33,515 bases of DNA, taken from Hormoscilla sp. (lineage in GTDB: Bacteria > Cyanobacteriota > Cyanobacteriia > Cyanobacteriales > Desertifilaceae). Shown in pieces: positions 9,150-16,166 of the stretch. The notes below the pieces were generated by a model, which made no database searches, had not been told where the DNA came from, and saw only the letters and a program-made list of their open reading frames with translations. Position numbers and translations under genes: made by a program. The stretch's first letter is position 1. Every line of letters begins with the position of its first letter. The stretch lies in the NCBI GenBank assembly GCA_051439505.1, contig JBFRWI010000060.1:1-33515 (forward strand), read 5' to 3'.

Positions 9150-10214
9150 ATGCTACCATCTATTCTAGTCATAGATGACGAAATTGATAACTTTGACGTG
9201 ATTGAAACCTTGCTATACAAGGAAGGTTACCAATTACATTATGCCCCCAGCGCTGAGAAAGCGATCGGGCAATTAGCAATATTCCAACCAGACGTAATTT
9301 TGCTGGATGTAATGATGCCAGACATGGACGGGATAGAAGCATGTCGGCGGATAAAAGCAGATCAAGAATGGCAGGCGGTGCCGATAATTATGGTGACAGC
9401 ATTAACGGCAAAAGAAGACTTAGCGAAATGTCTGGATGCTGGTGCAGATGACTTTATCAGTAAACCGGTGAATGGTCTGGAATTGCGAGCCAGGGTGAAC
9501 TCCATGCTGCGCATCAAGCAGCAGCATGACAGTCTGGAAGAATTGCTGAAACTGCGAGAGGATATGGTCAAGATGATAGTCCATGACCTGCGGAATCCCC
9601 TGGGGACAATTTTTCTAGCAATTGACATGATAAGATTGCTGAAGTTATCGCCTGAAAAAATTAAAAAAACTATCGAAGAAATAGCGTTAAACGCCGCTCA
9701 CTTGCAATCACTAATTGATAGCATGCTGCTGATGGCAAAATTGGAATCTGGCAAAATGGCGATTGACCCTACAGAAATAGACCTTGAGGATATATGTAAG
9801 TCAACAGTAGCAGATTTTCAGGCGATCGCAGGTGAAAAGCAGTTGGAAATAATTAGCGATCTTCCCGAACCGGGAGGTAGGGTGAAGCTAGACCCCGCGA
9901 TATTTCGCCGCGTACTGGACAACTTGCTATCAAATGCCATCAAGTTTTCTCCCAGCAACAGCCAGATATTTCTGGGGGCTAGCTATCTAGAAACAGGAGG
10001 TGCCAAAATACAGGTAAGAGATTCTGGTCCGGGAGTAAGTGAAGAGTTGCGAGAGAAAATTTTCCAGCAATATGAAATTGGCAATATAATTAAAGGAGTT
10101 AAGCAAACGGGTTTAGGATTGGCCTTTTGCAAAATGGCGATCGAGGCCCACGGCGGTCAAATTACCGTGGCAGATAACCAACCCCAAGGGGCGATCTTTA
10201 CAATCTTGCTTTAG
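9150..10214 (+). CDS. Hybrid REC-HisKA-HATPase kinase
   Basis: ILVIDD...LLDVMMP...SKP; VHDLRNPL; NLLSNAIKF; GLGLAFC. Starts 4 nt after the upstream stop. Confidence 0.92.
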   Translation: MLPSILVIDDEIDNFDVIETLLYKEGYQLHYAPSAEKAIGQLAIFQPDVILLDVMMPDMDGIEACRRIKADQEWQAVPIIMVTALTAKEDLAKCLDAGADDFISKPVNGLELRARVNSMLRIKQQHDSLEELLKLREDMVKMIVHDLRNPLGTIFLAIDMIRLLKLSPEKIKKTIEEIALNAAHLQSLIDSMLLMAKLESGKMAIDPTEIDLEDICKSTVADFQAIAGEKQLEIISDLPEPGGRVKLDPAIFRRVLDNLLSNAIKFSPSNSQIFLGASYLETGGAKIQVRDSGPGVSEELREKIFQQYEIGNIIKGVKQTGLGLAFCKMAIEAHGGQITVADNQPQGAIFTILL

Positions 10215-10230
10215 ATAGGAGGCGGGAATG

Positions 10231-10255
10231 GAGAATTGAGAATTGAGAATTGAGA
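10231..10255. repeat. Short heptamer tandem repeat (GAGAATT)x3.5
   Basis: gagaattgagaattgagaattgaga. Confidence 0.8.
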
Positions 10256-10268
10256 TAGGGGCTATTTT

Positions 10269-10343
10269 CTATAGCGCTACGCGCACTGCGTATACGCAGC
10301 GATTCGCAATTAGCAGTAGATCTGGTAAGGTTGCAGATTTCAT
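10269..10343 (-). pseudogene. Truncated remnant of a probable RelE/ParE-like toxin gene
   Basis: ATG overlaps the upstream stop (ATGA). Reads MKSATLP, then runs into palindromic sequence and stops after 24 aa. Confidence 0.55.
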
Positions 10344-10570
10344 AATTTGTCATAGTCCATTGCTTGTGTTTTTCCTGCCGCTATCTCTTCTCGTGCTTGA
10401 AGAGCCGCCTTAATTAATTGACTTTGGGTTTTCTCAAATAAACTATCCCACTCAAGCTCGTCACGCAGATTTTCGATATATTCTCGGAGATGCTCGACAA
10501 GTTGCCCTTGAGCAGCTTCTGGTAAAGATTCCATCATTTTAATGACTGTGGTAATGTTTTCTGAGGACAT
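10340..10570 (-). CDS. Small acidic helical protein, putative type II antitoxin
   Basis: MSSENITTVIKMMESLPE...DELEWDSLF...AREEIAAGKTQAMDYDKL; AGGGGAG RBS upstream; resembles antitoxin-like cyanobacterial proteins (recalled, not searched). Confidence 0.7.
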   Translation of the reverse strand: MSSENITTVIKMMESLPEAAQGQLVEHLREYIENLRDELEWDSLFEKTQSQLIKAALQAREEIAAGKTQAMDYDKL

Positions 10571-10692
10571 ATTCAGCAATCTCCCCTTAACTTAACCGAT
10601 CTGATTATACGTGCGATCGGCCCTTGCTGGCTTTTCCATACTAACACCACAAACAGTTGACCGCAACTTATAGCTGACAGGAAAATTAACCA

Positions 10693-12270
10693 TCAACCAT
10701 GATTCTTCAGCATTTCTAGATGCTTGGCCAAAGGGGCCAGGGTATTGGCCGCGATCGCCCCACTAGCGGCCACTGCTGGCATGCCAATGCCGGGAAAGGT
10801 AGAATCTCCACAGCATAGCAGTCCGGGTAATGGGGTCGTGGGACCGGGAAAGAAACCCACTCCGGCAGGTATTGCGGGACCATAGGAACCCCGGTGCCGA
10901 CGCAAGAAGCGTTCGTGGGTTAAGGGCGTACCTACCAATTTTACCTCCATGCGAGAGCGAATGTCTGGTATTATCCGCTCTAAAGCTTGCCACATGACTT
11001 GCGATCGCACTTCTTTTTGTTTGTCGTACTCCTCCCTGGTGCGATCGAGTCCTTGCCAAACTGAGTAAGGTTCGTTCCCGGGAGTATATACGTGAATGAC
11101 ATGCTTTCCCGGGGGGGCGAGTCCGGGGTCTAGCATGGAAGGAATGGAAACTAGCACCACATTTTGATGAGCAGTTACGCCCAAATTCCAGTCATTGACG
11201 ACAATATAATGACAGGCTAAATTATCAGGCAATCCCGTAGCATCAATCCCCAGATGGAGATGCATGAAACTATGGCATCCGGGAATTGCATTGCGTTGAG
11301 AGATAAACTCTTTTGGCAGGGCATTTTCTGGTAATAGTTTGAGAGTATCCCAAATAGAAGCATTGGAGACCACCGCCCGACGGGCCCGGTAGATCCTACC
11401 ATCTCGCAAACGCACCCCAACGGCACGGTTCTTCTCGACAATAATTTCCTCCACGTGAGCATTTAGTTGCAACTGACCGCCATATCGCTGCATTCCCTGG
11501 ACCAAGGCATCAACTAATGCGCCACTGCCTCCCAGAGGATAATCTAATATAACGTTGGGTCGATACCATTCGGCAAACATAAATGCCATCTCGGCGGCAC
11601 TGGTTCCCGATGCTGGCAGTCCCGACAGCAGGAAACAGAGTAAATCTAACCAGTTGCGAATAAAGGGATCTGTGATGATATTATCGATGATGGCACTGAA
11701 GGGTCCTGTTAATTTGCCCATATTCGGTAAATGGGGCAGCAATGATGGAATATATCGACCTACTGTCATCACCGCACCCAGATCCCAGCGCAGGGCAATG
11801 GGCGGCAGGGCGATCGCGGCCTGGGAAAGTGGCGCGATCGCCCGCTGGAACGATCGCCATTCTGCCACTGCTCGATCTCCCCGCAGTCGGGCCAGAACCT
11901 GACAAAATTGGTCCGCCCCCACTTCCGTCAGAAAGTCACCTTCCGGCAAGCAGCAACCCCAAGTAGAATAGTTCGCCCAAGGCAGATCGGACCCGATCGC
12001 ATCTAGGACTTGTCGGAGAGGATTGGAAGAGGGACTATAGGATAAACCCGAGTATAGGGATGGTCCCGAATCAAACTTAAATCCATTGCGTGTAAAACCA
12101 TGAGCAGCACCGCCAGGAATGCCATGACTCTCGCAAACCCTCACCGAAAAGCCATACTTTCCTAGCAGGGCCGCGCAGCTTAAACCCCCTACCCCACTCC
12201 CGATCGCGACTACATCTGTTTCTTCTACACTCAAACTATTGTCCTTATTCGTAGTCGGATTTTTTCTCAT
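10693..12270 (-). CDS. FAD-dependent oxidoreductase, phytoene dehydrogenase / carotenoid isomerase (CrtH-like) family
   Basis: IGSGVGGL dinucleotide-binding motif, FDSGPS, GTPLTHERF, CGDSTFPGIG. Start codon uncertain. Confidence 0.85.
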   Translation of the reverse strand: MRKNPTTNKDNSLSVEETDVVAIGSGVGGLSCAALLGKYGFSVRVCESHGIPGGAAHGFTRNGFKFDSGPSLYSGLSYSPSSNPLRQVLDAIGSDLPWANYSTWGCCLPEGDFLTEVGADQFCQVLARLRGDRAVAEWRSFQRAIAPLSQAAIALPPIALRWDLGAVMTVGRYIPSLLPHLPNMGKLTGPFSAIIDNIITDPFIRNWLDLLCFLLSGLPASGTSAAEMAFMFAEWYRPNVILDYPLGGSGALVDALVQGMQRYGGQLQLNAHVEEIIVEKNRAVGVRLRDGRIYRARRAVVSNASIWDTLKLLPENALPKEFISQRNAIPGCHSFMHLHLGIDATGLPDNLACHYIVVNDWNLGVTAHQNVVLVSIPSMLDPGLAPPGKHVIHVYTPGNEPYSVWQGLDRTREEYDKQKEVRSQVMWQALERIIPDIRSRMEVKLVGTPLTHERFLRRHRGSYGPAIPAGVGFFPGPTTPLPGLLCCGDSTFPGIGMPAVAASGAIAANTLAPLAKHLEMLKNHG

Positions 12271-12544
12271 GTCTGCCCTAGGCAAATAGCCAAACTAATT
12301 ATAATAGTATCGGATATTTATTGTGCGAGCACTGCTATCAGATGCAGATTGTTATCTTAAAAGTTCAAAAATTATCTTTAGCCCCTCTATCATATCTCTT
12401 AAGCGATCGCCCAAAGAGAAGAAACTCTCAAGAGTGATATTTTTCATAAGTTCCCCATATCGCCCATCACTCCGATATCCCAGATATCCCCGATCGCGCC
12501 TTGATTATTGCCGGAAATGCACTCCTTGCGATCGTCCCTTCATC

Positions 12545-12564
12545 TGGGCGGTGCCCACCCTACG
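12545..12564. repeat. GTAG-type REP-like palindrome
   Basis: Identical 20-mer to 1797-1816. Confidence 0.75.
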
Positions 12565-12622
12565 CAAAAAAATAATTTAAGCCCGCGCAGGCGGGCAATG
12601 TTGCGGAGTAGCCCCACCCTAA

Positions 12623-12672
12623 AGGGTAGGGGTTTTAGGGTAGGGGTTTTAGGGTAGGGGTTTTAGGGTAGG
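12623..12672 (+). repeat. 14-bp tandem repeat (AGGGTAGGGGTTTT)x3.5
   Basis: Read directly; lies just downstream of the icd stop. Confidence 0.92.
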
Positions 12673-12682
12673 TAGTAGCTGA

Positions 12683-14104
12683 CTACTTGAAGTATTTAAT
12701 AATCGCGTCAGCAAACTCCGAACATTTCAGGGGTTTCACGGGAGGGTCCATTAACCGGGCCAAATCATAGGTTACCTCACCATTAGAGATGGCCTTCCCG
12801 AGGCCATCTTTAATCAGATCGGCAGCTTCCTGCCAACCCATGAATTCTAGCATCATCACCCCAGAAAGAATCAAAGAACCAGGGTTGACTCGATCCAAAC
12901 CAGCATGTTTAGGGGCCGTACCGTGGGTAGCCTCAAAAATAGCGCATTCATCGCCAATATTAGCCCCCGGTCCCATGCCCAAACCGCCGACAATGGCCAC
13001 TGCCGCATCCGAGATATAATCCCCATTCAGATTCATCGTCGCGAGGATGGAATATTCTCCCGGGCGCGTCTGGATCTGCTGGAAGATGCTATCGGCAATG
13101 CGATCGTTCACCATTACCTTATCCTTCCACTTGCCATTCCCGTGGGTATCCCAGATACTATTGAGAACGCTTTCCACTTCCGATCGCGCTTCCTCCTGTT
13201 TTTCCGCCGTCAGCGCGTCGTATCCGGGTTCCACCTTGCGGGCATTTTCCTCCAAAGTAATATTTGGGTTATCTTCTTTATTACCCAGGATCCAAGATTC
13301 CCGTTCCGTGACGCATTCAGCCCGAAATTCCGTCGTCGCCAGTTCGTAACCCCAATCGCGGAAGGCCCCTTCAGTATACTTCATGATGTTGCCTTTATGC
13401 ACGAAGGTCACCTTTTGCTTGGACTTGGGTAGTCGCAAAGCATTCTGGATAGCGCGGCGCACCAGGCGTTGGGTTCCCGTCTTACTAATGGGTTTGATGC
13501 CAATCCCAGAGTCCAGGCGGATCTGTTTGGAACCATGTTCCGGAGTAGCGGGAATCAGTTTGCTGTTGAGTAGTTCAATCAACTGATCGGCAATTTCCGT
13601 ACCCTGACGCCATTCAATCCCCAGGTAAATATCTTCGGTGTTTTCCCGATAGATAATCACGTCCAGTTTCTCCGGAGTTTTGTGAAGAGAGGGGGTGCCT
13701 GGGTAGTAGCGACAAGGACGGACGCAGGCGTAGAGGTCGTTAATTTGACGCAATGCTACGTTCAGGGAACGGATACCGCCTCCGATCGGGGTTGTCAGCG
13801 GACCCTTGATGGCAATACCATATTCCTTGATGGCATTGAGAGTATCTTCGGGCAAATATTGATACTGGCCGTACTGTTCGCAAGCCTCATCCCCAGCATA
13901 GATCTTAAACCAGGTGATCTGGCGCTTGCCGCCGTAGGCAGCTTTCACAGCAGCATCAAACACCTTTTCGGAAGCAGGCCACAGGTCTACCCCCGTGCCG
14001 TCGCCGCGAATGAAAGGAATGATCGGGTTGTCAGGGATGATCGGTTGACCATCTTGGAAGGTAATTTTTGCACCCGTGTTAGGGGGAGTAATCTTTTCGT
14101 ACAT
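12683..14104 (-). CDS. icd: NADP-dependent isocitrate dehydrogenase
   Basis: MYEKITPP...[59 protein letters not shown]. Confidence 0.97.
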   Translation of the reverse strand: MYEKITPPNTGAKITFQDGQPIIPDNPIIPFIRGDGTGVDLWPASEKVFDAAVKAAYGGKRQITWFKIYAGDEACEQYGQYQYLPEDTLNAIKEYGIAIKGPLTTPIGGGIRSLNVALRQINDLYACVRPCRYYPGTPSLHKTPEKLDVIIYRENTEDIYLGIEWRQGTEIADQLIELLNSKLIPATPEHGSKQIRLDSGIGIKPISKTGTQRLVRRAIQNALRLPKSKQKVTFVHKGNIMKYTEGAFRDWGYELATTEFRAECVTERESWILGNKEDNPNITLEENARKVEPGYDALTAEKQEEARSEVESVLNSIWDTHGNGKWKDKVMVNDRIADSIFQQIQTRPGEYSILATMNLNGDYISDAAVAIVGGLGMGPGANIGDECAIFEATHGTAPKHAGLDRVNPGSLILSGVMMLEFMGWQEAADLIKDGLGKAISNGEVTYDLARLMDPPVKPLKCSEFADAIIKYFK

Positions 14105-14205
14105 AACTCTAGATAACCAGCTTTTGCAGGTTATCACGTCCCAGAATGATTATTTGTAGCTTTTGTCGCATTTATACTTTTTCTTAAGATTTATGCTTGT
14201 CCGAG

Positions 14206-14526
14206 GTGGGCGGTGGTCTTGCACCAGCTGGTAGTACCACACCCGCTCATTGTGGGCGGTGGTCTTGCGCCAGTTGGTAGTACCTCAGATCTTGCACCAT
14301 TCTCAACTAGAGGCAGAGCCTCTGGAACTCGTTCCCAGGCTCCGCCTGGGAACGAGGGGAAAAAATACTTTATTTATAAGGTAGAGAGTCGGTTTTCAAC
14401 CGACACAAAGCCGAGTTACCTGGCTCCCGCCTGGTAACTCGGGGGTTTGAACCCACGGCGGGCCAGGGGGCCGATCGACAATGGTGCGGCCCACCCAAAG
14501 AGATGCAACTAATGCATGACCACACC
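14206..14526. repeat. Mosaic cluster of REP-like palindromes and MITE ends
   Basis: 33-bp direct repeats at 14206 and 14252; ctcagatcttgcacc at 14284; family B hairpins at about 14310-14357; family A unit at about 14386-14466; MITE-2-type right end at 14506-14526. Confidence 0.8.
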
Positions 14527-14538
14527 GTCTTCGAGGTG

Positions 14539-14966
14539 TTACGGGGCCACTGCGGCGGGCGATCGGCCTGTCCTACTCCTTTGGGGCGAGTATAATTCCA
14601 GGAAATCTGGCACAGAGTATACAGTCGGTAAAGTATCCACCACACAGGGCATACTCGATCGAACTTCCTAACAAATTCCGCTGCCAAAATCTCGCTTTGG
14701 ACATTTTTCCCAATATCCAGGAGTATTTCCGTCTGGGGGGTACTTCCCAGTTTCGGGATAATGTTTTTGATTTTCGCTTCTAGTTCCGAACCTGACAACT
14801 CTTCTTCTGGATCGTACATTACCCAGAAATACCCATTATCATTGTATAGCTGTCCATCATATATATTATCTGGATCTTCACTGTAGTTACCGATAATTTC
14901 GACGAAATGCATAATTTCAGACTTGACAATAGTTATGCTGGTAACTAAAACAATTGTTTTAAGCAT
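14539..14966 (-). pseudogene. Putative immunity protein paralog 2, frameshifted near 14650
   Basis: MLKTIVLV...IYDGQLYN...YDPEEELSGSELEAKIK...LAAEFV. Adding 1 nt near 14650 gives ...PCVVDTLPTVYSVPDFL..., matching paralog 1, with TAA at 14539-14541. The 198-aa ORF-track tail is off-frame. Confidence 0.7.
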
Positions 14967-14997
14967 TTAATTACTTCCGTTATTTTAGATCTTTCTG

Positions 14998-15425
14998 TTA
15001 TTTCTGCTGTCCTGCTACTAGATGAGCGATCTGGGGGAGCCATACTTTCATAAATTCCGGTACAGAGTAGACGATAGAATCATCATCCTCCACTACACAG
15101 GACCATATTTGAGAGCACTTGCTGACAAATTCCGCTGCCAAAAAATCCCACTTGAAAAATTTTTGCCTATATCGATGAGGATCTGTGTTTGCGGCGGACT
15201 TCCCAGTTTTTCAGTAATGCTTTTAATTCTCGCTTCTAGTTCCGACCCTGATAACTCTTCTTCTGGATTGTACTTAATCCATAGATAGCCACCTGTATGA
15301 TTATGTAGCTGTCCATCATATACCCTATCCTCATTGGAAATGTCCGCTCCCATTGTTTGGAGAAACTGCATAAATTCAGAATGTGCAATTAGCTTACTCG
15401 CCACCAAAACAATTGTTCTCAGCAT
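14998..15425 (-). pseudogene. Putative immunity protein paralog 1, frameshifted in a T6 run (15140-15145)
   Basis: MLRTIVLV...VYDGQLHN...YNPEEELSGSELEARIK. The paralog has T4 at this site; correction gives LAAEFVSKCSQIWSCVVEDDDSIVYSVPEFM..., with TAA at 14998-15000. Confidence 0.7.
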
Positions 15426-15426
15426 T

Positions 15427-15927
15427 TTATTTACTCCTTAATCTCTGAATTTTCTGATTCAATTCTGATTGATTGACCGCCAGAATACCTCCGACATTGA
15501 TTACGGCGTTCCCCGCACCCTGCGTAATATTAGGGGCATACAAAATAACCGGTTTTCCCGTCATATTTAACCTCGTGTCAGTTAAGAACTTTTGAACTTG
15601 GCCTGCTTTATTTTTTGCTCTTGTTTTCACCTCAATAATCGCCTCTGCTACTTCTATATCAATTTCCCCAATCGGATTTTGACCACCGGTCTGAGGATTT
15701 ATGCTGTAAAATAAGGCGTTAAACCTGATTACCGTACATCCTTCTTGCTGGACATATCTGGCAACTGTTGCTTCTAACTGCTTATCGGGATCTGGCGACG
15801 CGGTAGCATTTGCAATTGCCTCATTTATATCAAGGGGGGAAGTGACGTAAATCTCCCAACCCTTGGCATCCACGCCGAGATTAATAGTTTTTGTGGGCAA
15901 GTCCCCCTCAAAAGATGAATTAGTCAG
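15427..15927 (-). CDS. PD-(D/E)xK restriction-endonuclease-fold protein, putative toxin domain (start uncertain)
   Basis: LEATVA...GEIDIE...IIEVK motif arrangement. No in-frame ATG; candidate starts are CTG 15927 (GGAGG 7 nt upstream) or GTG 15873. The N-terminus of the 227-aa ORF-track call is MITE-derived. Confidence 0.6.
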   Translation of the reverse strand: MTNSSFEGDLPTKTINLGVDAKGWEIYVTSPLDINEAIANATASPDPDKQLEATVARYVQQEGCTVIRFNALFYSINPQTGGQNPIGEIDIEVAEAIIEVKTRAKNKAGQVQKFLTDTRLNMTGKPVILYAPNITQGAGNAVINVGGILAVNQSELNQKIQRLRSK

Positions 15928-15962
15928 GCGATCGCCTCCTAGTATGGTGATTCTTTTATGAT

Positions 15963-16112
15963 GGGTGTGGTCAAAACCCGTCGATCGAAAATCCCATACC
16001 CCAGTCGCCGGATCCCCCCAAACCCCCCTTAGAAAGGGGGGCTTCCAGAACCCCCCCCTTTGGAAGGGGGGGTTTGGGGGGGATCGGAACCAACAAATGC
16101 ATGACCACACCC
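15963..16112. mobile_element. MITE-2 (150 bp, perfect 11-bp TIRs, 9-bp TSD)
   Basis: GGGTGTGGTCA...TGACCACACCC; TTTTATGAT at 15954-15962 and 16113-16121; internal C-run/G-run hairpins. Confidence 0.88.
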
Positions 16113-16166
16113 TTTTATGATAACATTTTTTCCAGTCAGGCGATCGCCTTCAGTTTAGTCTTCAGC

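Noticed and set aside
10693..12270. Assigning the symbol crtH
   Set aside because: Motifs fit the wider CrtH-like/phytoene dehydrogenase family; orthology cannot be established by eye.
15928..16110. N-terminal 61 aa of the 227-aa ORF as a genuine protein domain
   Set aside because: Mostly read-through of MITE-2 (PPNPPFQRGG...).
14506..16111. 21-bp direct repeats flanking the toxin cassette as att sites of an integrative element
   Set aside because: Better explained as two right ends of MITE-2; no integrase or tRNA nearby.
15922..16149. 16-bp direct repeat agtcaggcgatcgcct at 15922 and 16134
   Set aside because: Half of it is the abundant HIP1 octamer, so it is too weak to call, although a HIP1-mediated junction cannot be excluded.
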